NCBI GenBank assembly: GCA_000165345.1
Contig: CM000436.1
Coordinates: forward strand, 416,001-480,000
Direction of reading: 5' to 3'
DNA: 64,000 bases
Under the pieces are notes generated by a model, which was not told the DNA's origin, ran no database searches, and saw nothing but the letters and a program-made list of their open reading frames with translations. The translations under genes were made by a program, and so were the position numbers. This document shows positions 9,801 through 18,839 of this stretch, in pieces. Numbering within the stretch: position 1 is the stretch's first letter; the number at the start of each line of letters is the position of its first letter.

Positions 9801-11629
9801 GACTTATCATGGTTTCTCAAAGCACCACACTTAAGGATTTAAATGAATATGTAATGATGGAGATAGAAAAAGATAAAGATAACAAGTCACCAGGTAGAGG
9901 ATTGATTAGTGGCTTTGAGTTTGGACTTAGAGTATGTCTGGAAACGGCTTCAGATAGTGATAATTTGTTCCCATTATTGGATCCTCGATGTACAATTCAA
10001 CAACTTCAGCTTATCAATGGATCCAGTTTAATCTTTTCAATAAATTTGGATGATTCAGTAATTAATAGAAAGAGAGAAGAATTAAGGAAATCTCTTGAAG
10101 AGGTTGTGATCTTCCCAAATCAAAACCTTTGGTTGCAAGAAGAGAAAACTTCTCAATATAATGGAATTGAAGATGAAGGAAAATCTTCTGAATCGGAAGA
10201 TTCTAGTTTCAGGCTTCCAGTAGAACTAGAGATGGTTAAGTGCCCAGAATTTCCAGTTTTGGACTTTCATCACTGGTATGAAAATTTCCAGAATTCTCTC
10301 CATCTTTCTCTATATCTATGGGATCCTCTAGATGGTGAATATCACCCGCCTCATTTGGGAGGAGGAGGAGGAGGAGGAGGAACGCATTTGTGCCTGCCTA
10401 ATACAAATCAATATGGAATAATGGAAGCCATGCAGGCGAGCAATAATAGTATAATACGCTCGTTTTCAAGGTATCAAATTAAAGAAGTACATCAAATTCA
10501 TGTGGATCTCCGCTGGCCAGCTATTAAGACTTGGATTTATGTTTGTAATCAAATCAAAGTAGATCCTAGAAGTATTGCTTTAGCAAGAAATGCACTGAAT
10601 CCACTAGATGCTTCTTTGCTAACTTTATTCTCTCTGATTCAAGCCCAGAGACATGATGAATCTATATCTTCAGTAATCAGAAGCTTAAGTTCAGCACATT
10701 ATTATGGAAAAATACCACGTTCTTTAGCTATCCTGGCTCTAAATCTGAAAGGTCACTCCTTTGTTAGTTTAAACAGAAAAGATAAGCATATTCTAACTGT
10801 GACCAATACTGTAAATTGTTCTGAAATACCTAAAGGAAGATACATCCTTCAGGTAGAATCCTGTGATACTGTGGATTCAGTCATACGCAAGTTAATAAAG
10901 AAGGAAAATATTTTATCTCACAGGTCCTTTAATACAAATGGTAAGGATGCCATGCAAACCGGAAATGGCGCCAAAAGTCACACAGATATTTCCAAGCTTA
11001 AATTAAGATTATTCGAAGCGAGTAACCAAAATGATCATGTTGGTGTATATCGAGGAGGGGAAATGATAACAAGGATTTTAAACACAGATGGAATGCAAAA
11101 TACTTCTACTTTTGGAGGATTATCTATTGGCTCTTTTGTGGATTGCTTTAGGATTGAACAAGATTATTCACAAGAAGAGTTGGATTTACTTAAAAAAGGA
11201 GAGTTAGTAAATATTTTGGTTATTCAGGATTCAAGGAGTGGTTTTGGCGGGAACTATGGAGATCATTACCATAATGATGATCATAATTCATTGGCTGGAG
11301 GTACAAGCTATTTAGTAACAATACCAGTAAGTTCAAGATTGGTAGATTTAAAGAATAAACTACAAGAAAGGTTTGATTTGGACGAGAAGATAATATCCAA
11401 ATGGAGATTTTACCGTCTTGAGTCAAAGAGTCTTCAAGGAATTAAGGATAATGATTTAATTATGAATAGTTTTGGAAATAATGGTGTTGGTATTAATAAT
11501 CACTATAGCACAAATGCAAAGAATAACGTGGACATTAATATATATGGTTTTGAGCCTCATACAATTTTATTGGCTCAACAAGTTTTTCCAATTCTACAAA
11601 AGAGTGGCTCTAGACCTCTGAAAATTTAA
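6806..11629 (+). CDS. Ubiquitin carboxyl-terminal hydrolase, USP7/HAUSP-like (N-terminal MATH domain plus USP catalytic domain with large lineage-specific insertions)
   Basis: MATH/TRAF-like N-terminus (FRIMILPKVKLTSGG...WVWLNTRYSVTLINQKD). Cys box GIRNLGATCYMNSLLQSLYH. QHDAQELNRLLCDRLEE box. His box YILHTVVIHQGDVHSGHYYAYIRP. Low-complexity inserts including a (GGA)8 poly-Gly run. Confidence 0.85.
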   Translation: MHTGRNIERPSMEGFSSREKQYDYSNIPGRLQNELEFKVEGFRRRIMEMMNSTEGGTKNRLYSNIHSYKNFNFRIMILPKVKLTSGGSLEGHISAYLEAIPSQNWPSNWVWLNTRYSVTLINQKDYRKSHFMSDIFSFKGENDPKKKLTLEERNYDYSSAGPEADRGWSDFFSLKTLLDPKTGFIDSETETVIFRAGVFPVLCDPVSCGKSNFDHLGTDRSLTGYVGIRNLGATCYMNSLLQSLYHIGRFRKAVYTIPLNPNRVTSGSSCSNTPISRETRPELTPLSACIPKIDDFGEVTPQSISSESNSLAISLLGEASEDAVEWTSNVAKSLFEYESDGIASLESIMSSNACQDYGQNTGVVSGNVSGPGSTIGGNCSASDAGNDQTKISSALQTLFYELQTCSEPVNCRELMRSFGWDASDAFTQHDAQELNRLLCDRLEEEMKNTAVDGSIKALFEGEYENYIECLDVDCTSRRRENFYDIQVDVEGVKSLEESLQRFVEEEILDGENLYEAEGFGKQRAKKGVRFQRFPPVVQFHLKRFQFNIQSMDMVKLNDYFTFPEKLDLSSFVNHNNKGETDTGNIVEGTEKYILHTVVIHQGDVHSGHYYAYIRPKPDSDWFRFDDEKVTLVSSSTAIEDNFGGHEYEVWDYLGNPESDIPKRSKTHSAYILVYVREDQAQDLLSEPIPQEVNPDLVSKYRKEIEMMNLRKRLRQDLNEHVRIQLLLSTSYNISSSCRPKSQGLHQSISSFPWNYIFKCSRDFSLSQFHSELEKRFLNKRMLHNDVPSSSISCNKAFGSHLFLLETNPEGNHTASGGARGMGGLHHHIGYSNGGPTSSTGLSFYTCISSPQGEGISSGNRISDSQRGGAGGMLGRAIGFGSSTSGTRSGDEILMSDLCRRYHRAGLWDSSCPTLYMCLYLDDVSSLLMDRIPPNLPINADGSYLEKRQRIENKLRNFNDNGGGEVLLLLRYFDISNPRINEFSLKYSRNQEIPNLYNLGLIMVSQSTTLKDLNEYVMMEIEKDKDNKSPGRGLISGFEFGLRVCLETASDSDNLFPLLDPRCTIQQLQLINGSSLIFSINLDDSVINRKREELRKSLEEVVIFPNQNLWLQEEKTSQYNGIEDEGKSSESEDSSFRLPVELEMVKCPEFPVLDFHHWYENFQNSLHLSLYLWDPLDGEYHPPHLGGGGGGGGTHLCLPNTNQYGIMEAMQASNNSIIRSFSRYQIKEVHQIHVDLRWPAIKTWIYVCNQIKVDPRSIALARNALNPLDASLLTLFSLIQAQRHDESISSVIRSLSSAHYYGKIPRSLAILALNLKGHSFVSLNRKDKHILTVTNTVNCSEIPKGRYILQVESCDTVDSVIRKLIKKENILSHRSFNTNGKDAMQTGNGAKSHTDISKLKLRLFEASNQNDHVGVYRGGEMITRILNTDGMQNTSTFGGLSIGSFVDCFRIEQDYSQEELDLLKKGELVNILVIQDSRSGFGGNYGDHYHNDDHNSLAGGTSYLVTIPVSSRLVDLKNKLQERFDLDEKIISKWRFYRLESKSLQGIKDNDLIMNSFGNNGVGINNHYSTNAKNNVDINIYGFEPHTILLAQQVFPILQKSGSRPLKI

Positions 11630-11801
11630 AGATAGATACTCTGAGAAAGAAATAAAGGAAAAAAGAGAAGCATTTCATGTTACACCTTAAAGAATAAAGA
11701 TAGAGCAAAAGATTGAGGGTTGGGGGATGAAATGTAAAGGGATGAAAAAGGCGAGATATATATTTAATAAATAATAATGATGAATATTATAGATGGAAGA
11801 G

Positions 11802-12659
11802 TTATGTGGAGTTTAACTTTTGATTTGAGTATATATCTTCAAGTTGTTTGATTTTATTCTTGATTGACTTATACTCAAGATATTCTTTTTCTATAGGTAG
11901 TAAATCTTTGTGATATAGAACTTTTCTGTGGTTTTTTTTGAGAAATTGATCTTGAAATGTTTCCAGCAATCCTCTTAGTTGAGTTTTCTTTTTTTTCAGA
12001 GACTCTATTTCTGATATTAGATCTTGTGTGGGATGATTTTTGGTCCGATAAGTTGAATCCTTGAGATGCCTGTACAGTAAATACAAGGGTTTAAGTGGTT
12101 CTTTGTCGGATTTTGACGGTAGTTTTCCATATAACATTTGAAAGTCTGAATCGAACTTCTTTAACTCACTTTTTATGTTACTTTTAAGAGTATTCAAGAA
12201 ATTGTTATTATTGGTGGTGGTAATAAATGTTAGGGAATTAACATTATCAGAATTATTTCCTGTCTCTGTATTAACAAGTGGATTATTAGGAATATTAATG
12301 ATACCATTTTCTGTTAATTCTAGACCCAAAGTTTCTAAGATAGATAATAATCTTTCTTCTCCAGAAATATCGGAATCGTTAGTAAATTGATTAATTTGGC
12401 TATTATTTAATAGTAATTGATACCTTTCATTAACTTTTTTTTGAGTTTCAATCAACTTGTAGTTGATACTTTCTAAGCTAGAAAGATTATTATTAATATT
12501 ATTTTCTTCATATTGAGCTTTAACAACTTGAAATTGGTAGAAACTAGGGATATTTTTAATATATAAATTCACCAACCTAGATGCTTCATTGTTCATAATG
12601 TATAACTTTTGATCTATGTTTGATTTACCATCCAACTCTTCTTTTTGATATTGGAACAA
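11802..12659 (-). CDS. Hypothetical protein (285 aa), N/K-rich, partly coiled-coil
   Basis: Clean ORF on the minus strand, flanked by a 900-bp AT-rich intergenic region shared with the divergent REI1 gene. No recognisable domain. Confidence 0.45.
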   Translation of the reverse strand: MFQYQKEELDGKSNIDQKLYIMNNEASRLVNLYIKNIPSFYQFQVVKAQYEENNINNNLSSLESINYKLIETQKKVNERYQLLLNNSQINQFTNDSDISGEERLLSILETLGLELTENGIINIPNNPLVNTETGNNSDNVNSLTFITTTNNNNFLNTLKSNIKSELKKFDSDFQMLYGKLPSKSDKEPLKPLYLLYRHLKDSTYRTKNHPTQDLISEIESLKKKKTQLRGLLETFQDQFLKKNHRKVLYHKDLLPIEKEYLEYKSIKNKIKQLEDIYSNQKLNST

Positions 12660-13562
12660 ATTTCAATTCATTAAAATACTTTGAGCATAACAAAGTTTTA
12701 CTTGATGGCCTTGCATGAGAGAATTAGAGAAAGAAAAAGGGATAAAAATAGTCAAACCTATTTTTGTCTTTAATTTTCAACTCAATTCAAATTCACTTTT
12801 TGTGGGGAAAAAATAAATAAAAAGCACCTTTTATTTATTATAAATAAAAATAGTTTGGCGCCATATGTAATTTAATGATTACAAAAAATTTACATTCATA
12901 AGTAAAATTATCAAAGAACTAATTCGAAGAAGGTAAATAAAGAATAAAAAAATTATTAATTCTAAAATTTGTTTAAGATAATCAAGAAGAAGAAAGAAAG
13001 AAAAAAGAAAGATCAAGTGCTTTTTTAAAAAAAGAATAATAATCAATTCATTAATTAAAGATATAGGTAATATAGTTATAAATAAAGATGTTTAAACTTT
13101 GCTAAATAACCCATTATTTAAAATACTTCTTTATTAACTCAAATAACGAAATAAAAATGTTTTATTTGAAATAAATTCGTAAAATTATAAATTGCATGTT
13201 TTTGGCGCCTTTCCACATTTGCAAATTTGCTTTTGTGCATGACGCAGTAGTTATATACCGGTAATGTCATAAATGCAAATGGCGGGTGAGAAGAAATTAT
13301 TAAAAAAATTAGTTGAAATTATTTTATGACAAAAAAAAAGGAAAAATAAAATAAAATAAAATAATACAAAGTTTTTCCTTTAATTTTTTTGAGATTAGAA
13401 GGGAAAAAAGGAAGGGAAATAGAAGATTTGAGTATAGAAAAATTGCAGATAGTTTTATCTGAAATTAATATTAACAATAGGGGAGTGGTTTTGGTTTATG
13501 AAGTAAATATATTTATATTAATATTTTTTTTTCTAGAGAAATAATCTAAAAGTTTAGAAGAG

Positions 13563-14723
13563 ATGCAGAATGTTTCAGCATTATGTACGGTATGTGATTA
13601 CAAGTTGGATAGTACAAGTTTATTGAGAGAGCACTATAAGACAGAATGGCATAATTACAATCAAAAGAGAAAGTTAGCAAATAAAGACCCAGTGTCAGAG
13701 ATAGCATTTAAGAGAAAACTAGAACTATTAGAGTGTACAAAGGTGGTAGTGAACAAAGGTAGTTCACACATTAAGAATAAACAAAAGATAGATGGACAAG
13801 AAAATTATAAAATGAATGAAAGTGTATCGGTAGATATGAATCAAGATAAACCAAGACAATCTGATACTTATGAATTAACATATTGTTATTTTGATAATAC
13901 AATACACTCAAGTATGGAAGAATGTTTTGAGTATATGAGAATAAAGTATTCATTTGTAATACCAGATAAAGAGTATTTGGTTGACTATAAAGGTTTAGCT
14001 CAATATTTGGGTGAAAAATTGTTTGAAGGTCATATTTGTTTATATTGTGATAAAATATTTTCAAGTTTAAGAGCAGTTAGAGATCATATGATAAGTTTGG
14101 GTCATACAATGTTAGGAACTCATTTAGATATTCAAAAAGAAGAGTTGGAAAGTTTTTATAACTATTCTTTATCATACAAGGAACTAATTCCAAATTTTAA
14201 TAAATTATCAATTACTGATGATGTTCTTAAAGAGGAGAATAATGATGACTGGGAATACATTGATGAAGAAGAAGAAGAAGATGATGATGATGATGATTTT
14301 AGTGGCAATACAAATGAAATTAGGAAGTTAAATAAAAAAGAAATGACATTGGATGAAATTTTAAGTATGTATAATTTAAGTAAGCCAGAAATTACTGAAT
14401 TTGGTGATTTAAGACTTCCAAATGGAAAAGAAGTTGTACATAGAAATTTGGCATATATATATAAACAGAGAATACCAAGAAAACATCAATTTGAAATGGA
14501 GGATGGAAATAATTCAACTCTTGTTTTAAAAAATAGACATCACAATAAAAAAATTAATATTTATGGAAATAATCAATTTGGCTTAAATTTGAAATTTAAA
14601 GATAAGTCACATTTGAAGCAAAATCTACTTTTAAGTAAGAGAATTAAGAATGTTAATTTGAAGGTTGGGGTTAATAATAATAAATTACAGAAATATTTTG
14701 TAAGAAGAGATGTTGTTTGGTAA
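13563..14723 (+). CDS. REI1: Cytoplasmic pre-60S maturation factor REI1/ZNF622-type C2H2 zinc-finger protein
   Basis: First finger CTVCDYKLDSTSLLREHYKTEWHNYNQKRK matches the REI1/ZNF622 signature (C..C....HY.S.WH.YN.KRK). Second finger pair HICLYCDKIFSSLRAVRDHMISLGH. Acidic DDDDDD linker. Confidence 0.75.
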   Translation: MQNVSALCTVCDYKLDSTSLLREHYKTEWHNYNQKRKLANKDPVSEIAFKRKLELLECTKVVVNKGSSHIKNKQKIDGQENYKMNESVSVDMNQDKPRQSDTYELTYCYFDNTIHSSMEECFEYMRIKYSFVIPDKEYLVDYKGLAQYLGEKLFEGHICLYCDKIFSSLRAVRDHMISLGHTMLGTHLDIQKEELESFYNYSLSYKELIPNFNKLSITDDVLKEENNDDWEYIDEEEEEDDDDDDFSGNTNEIRKLNKKEMTLDEILSMYNLSKPEITEFGDLRLPNGKEVVHRNLAYIYKQRIPRKHQFEMEDGNNSTLVLKNRHHNKKINIYGNNQFGLNLKFKDKSHLKQNLLLSKRIKNVNLKVGVNNNKLQKYFVRRDVVW

Positions 14724-14737
14724 TTAAATAATATAAA

Positions 14738-15307
14738 TTATAATTGTCCACATTCATATATAATTATAGGTATCTTAGGTTTACTATTTGGAGGTAGAAC
14801 TGTGGCATTTTCAATCTTTTTCAAAGTTGCAAAAGAATCATGTCCTAATAATTGTCCAAAAACTACGTGTTTATTATCTAACCAAGAACATGTATTACAA
14901 GTAATAAAGAATTGGCATCCATTTGTATTTGGGCTACCATTATTTGCCATAGAAAGAAGTCCAGGTTTTGTATGCTTGATTTCAAAATTTTCATCATTAA
15001 AATAGCTTGTATTATATATAGATGTACTACCAGTACCATCTCCATTTACGAAATCACCACCTTGTATTACAAAGTCTTTGATTACTCTATGTATTGTAGA
15101 TCCTTTATATCCCACACTTTTTAAGTTTTTTTTATATTCTCCAGTACAAAATTGTCTAAAGTTTTCACTTGTTTTGGGCACAATATCTTGAAATAATTCT
15201 ATTACTAGTCTTCCAATTTTATTGTTTTCATCTAGTAAACAAATATCTAAAAAGACTACAGGATTATCTTTATGCCTTTGTGGTCTTAATTCTGGGTCTT
15301 TAATCAT
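14738..15307 (-). CDS. Peptidyl-prolyl cis-trans isomerase, cyclophilin type
   Basis: Classic cyclophilin blocks: [61 protein letters not shown]. Lies only 14 bp from the REI1 stop, convergent. Confidence 0.9.
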   Translation of the reverse strand: MIKDPELRPQRHKDNPVVFLDICLLDENNKIGRLVIELFQDIVPKTSENFRQFCTGEYKKNLKSVGYKGSTIHRVIKDFVIQGGDFVNGDGTGSTSIYNTSYFNDENFEIKHTKPGLLSMANNGSPNTNGCQFFITCNTCSWLDNKHVVFGQLLGHDSFATLKKIENATVLPPNSKPKIPIIIYECGQL

Positions 15308-15392
15308 TTTGAATTTGAGTATAACTTTTCATTTATTTGTTTGATTTTATATTTAGTTTTTTTCTACTTTTTTGACTTAATTCATATTTATT

Positions 15393-15428
15393 CAAACTTT
15401 GGCGGGCCACAATTCCCGCCAAAGTTTG
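15393..15428. promoter_or_regulatory. Inverted repeat of E2F-like sites CAAACTTTGGCGGG-(8 bp)-CCCGCCAAAGTTTG in the divergent cyclophilin / nucleoporin promoter
   Basis: Perfect 14-bp arms read directly. Core TTTGGCGGG / CCCGCCAAA matches the E2F consensus TTTSSCGC. Sits 85 bp upstream of cyclophilin and 50 bp upstream of the nucleoporin start. Confidence 0.6.
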
Positions 15429-15477
15429 AAATAAATTTTTGAGTAAAAAGTAGATTATATTGTATTATATAATATAG

Positions 15478-17190
15478 ATGAGTAATAGGAGACCATGTCA
15501 ATTCTATTTGAGAGGATCATGTAGATTTGGTGATAATTGTAGAGACTACCATCCAAATGGATCTATGTTTGATCAGGGTATCAATAGTAGAGGTGGTAAT
15601 GTATTGAGTGGTACTAATACAAGTGGGTTTGGAGTGGGAGGAGGTCAGTTTAATCCATTTTCTGGCTCTATTGGTAAGCCTTTAGGTGATATGAATAGTT
15701 CATTTACTTCAGGAGGAGGAACAGGTATGGGTCCATTTGGGAATTTTGGAGGTCCATTTGGAGGTGGTAGTTCAGGAGCAATAGGAGTAGGTAATGGTTC
15801 TTTTGGTGGTGGGATAACATCAAATCCATTTGGAGGTGGGAATACATCAACTACAGGATCCATTTTTGGATCAAGTCCATTTGGAAGTTCAGTTAGTGGA
15901 TCTGGTTCTTCAACAATATCTACTACAGGGCCTACAACAGGGTCTATTTTTGGGTCAAGTCCATTTGGAGGTTCAATTAGTGGGTCTGGCTCTACATCTG
16001 CAATTGGATCCAGTCCATTTGGATCTGCAGTTGGTGGATCAGGGTCAATATCTTCTTCTTCTTCTTCTTCTTCTTCTTCTTCTTCTTCTTCTTCTTCTAC
16101 AGGAAATGTTAAGCCATCAAAATCTGATAACCCAACATTACAGATTTTGGAACTCATTGGAGTAGTTGTTAATAGTGGAGTATGGCCATTTGGAAGGATA
16201 GGATTATTAAATCAGTCTCAAGATTCATCTAATTCTCAAGTATTTCCAAGTTTGGATTTAAGTATTGAAGAATATAGATGGAAGTTTTATCAGAGTGATC
16301 CAGGTAATTGGAATAATTTACATTTGGAAACTTTAAGATTACTAACACAACAATATAATTCGTTTATTGAGCAGGGAAAAATTCAATCAAAGCTTCCAGC
16401 TACACATCAACTATATAATTTAGACTTTAGTTTATATTCTAAGATTGGAAACTGGTATTTACCTAATTTAGGTAAAGACTATGTAAATAAGCCTAATAAT
16501 ACAAATACTGGTGTTACTACTACTACTATTAATACTAATACTAATACTAATAATACTACTAATACTATTGGATCTATAGCAAATCCTTTTGGAGGTACAA
16601 CATTAGGATTTGGCCAAGGAACAGTATTACAAAGTAATAATTCTAATACAAGTCCATTTGGAGTCTTTGGATCTTCTTCTGCTTCATCTTCTTCCATTAT
16701 GTCTAATAATGCTTTGAGTCCTTTTGGAGGAACAGGAGGTGGTAATGGTATTGGAAGTGGTATAGTTAACAATTCAGTATTTGGTATTACAAACCAATCA
16801 CAAACACAGTCACAACAACAACAACAACAAACATCACCTTTTTCTGGTGGTAATATTCAAACAAATATAAATCAACCACTTTCTGTTGAAAGTAGTAATA
16901 ATAACAATAATAACTTTGGTATTTTTGGATCACAAGGTACCGGTTCAAATATATCCAACAATTTTAATAATATTTTTGGAAATATAACAAATCAACAAAA
17001 TCAAACTTCAAAGTCTGCTGGAACTAATATAAAGTATTCCTATAATAACCCAGATGTGAATGATGATAATCATTCATTTAATTCTCAAAATTTACAAGAA
17101 TGGGAATTGAATGCATTTAAAAGTTCAACTTTTGAAGAAAACAAGATTCCTGAAAAGATACCTCCAAGATACCTTAGAATGTATAGTTGA
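15478..17190 (+). CDS. FG-repeat nucleoporin with N-terminal CCCH zinc finger (Nup42/NUPL2-hCG1-like)
   Basis: N-terminus RPCQFYLRGSCRFGDNCRDYHP (C-x8-C-x5-C-x3-H). Then many FG/PFG repeats (SSPFGS, SNPFGGG, NPFGGT, SPFGVFG, NNFGIFG) in an S/G/N/T/Q-rich low-complexity background. That architecture is characteristic of Nup42/NUPL2. Confidence 0.6.
   Translation: MSNRRPCQFYLRGSCRFGDNCRDYHPNGSMFDQGINSRGGNVLSGTNTSGFGVGGGQFNPFSGSIGKPLGDMNSSFTSGGGTGMGPFGNFGGPFGGGSSGAIGVGNGSFGGGITSNPFGGGNTSTTGSIFGSSPFGSSVSGSGSSTISTTGPTTGSIFGSSPFGGSISGSGSTSAIGSSPFGSAVGGSGSISSSSSSSSSSSSSSSSTGNVKPSKSDNPTLQILELIGVVVNSGVWPFGRIGLLNQSQDSSNSQVFPSLDLSIEEYRWKFYQSDPGNWNNLHLETLRLLTQQYNSFIEQGKIQSKLPATHQLYNLDFSLYSKIGNWYLPNLGKDYVNKPNNTNTGVTTTTINTNTNTNNTTNTIGSIANPFGGTTLGFGQGTVLQSNNSNTSPFGVFGSSSASSSSIMSNNALSPFGGTGGGNGIGSGIVNNSVFGITNQSQTQSQQQQQQTSPFSGGNIQTNINQPLSVESSNNNNNNFGIFGSQGTGSNISNNFNNIFGNITNQQNQTSKSAGTNIKYSYNNPDVNDDNHSFNSQNLQEWELNAFKSSTFEENKIPEKIPPRYLRMYS
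16051..16098 (+). repeat. (TCT)16 trinucleotide microsatellite encoding a poly-Ser run inside the nucleoporin CDS
   Basis: Direct reading: tcttcttct... repeated about 16 times. Confidence 0.9.
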
Positions 17191-17424
17191 ATGGAATACC
17201 AAATATAAACTAGCCATTATATATTTAAGTAACTTTATATTAGAAATATAATACTTATAATACAATTCTAAAAATAATAATTATAATAATAAGACTATTT
17301 ACTTGTATTTATCATAATCTTTAATCTCCAATGTCTAAATTTTTAAATGTTATATAAAACTAATATTATTCTATAACAATAATGTATAAAATTTCGAGTG
17401 AATTTATTTATATATAAAAAAAAG

Positions 17425-17498
17425 CGCCGCCACTGGGGATCGAACCCAGGACCACATGGTTAAGAGCCATGCGCTCTACCTAGCTGAGCTATAGCGGC
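17425..17498 (-). tRNA. tRNA-Lys (anticodon CUU)
   Basis: Reverse complement reads GCCGCTA-TA-GCTCAGCTAGGTAGAGC-G-CATGG-CTCTTAA-CCATG-TGGTC-CTGGG-TTCGATC-CCCAG-TGGCGGC-G. 7-bp acceptor stem, D arm, 5-bp anticodon stem with loop CTCTTAA (anticodon CTT), T arm with TTCGATC loop. No encoded CCA. Confidence 0.85.
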
Positions 17499-17846
17499 TT
17501 ACGATGTACAGTACTGAGTAGAGAATAATAATAAAATAATTTTCAATAGAAATTTATAATCAATTTGACATTTTGCAGTTGGCATTTTTTTTCAGCTTGA
17601 AAAAAAAAATGTTAAAGCGGTCAAAGTTTGAAATATTTAATTAAAGTTTTTAATTTTTCTTGATCAATATTTTGAACTAATAATGCATTCAAGGAAAAGA
17701 AATTAGAAAGAAAAGAAAAGTGAGAGAAGAAGAGAGAGAATAGAAAGAAAAAAAGAATTGATGTAAATATCTTTTTTTTTAATATAACAATAGTAGCATT
17801 CAAATACAAATATAGCTATAAATTTAATTGAATAAAATAATAAAGC

Positions 17847-18835
<989 letters not shown>

Positions 18836-18839
<4 letters not shown>

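Noticed and set aside
15645-16157. 170-aa minus-strand ORF rich in poly-Glu and Pro, antisense to the FG-nucleoporin
   Set aside because: It is the mirror image of the (TCT)n / GGT-rich repeats of the sense gene. Low-complexity antisense ORFs are expected artefacts.
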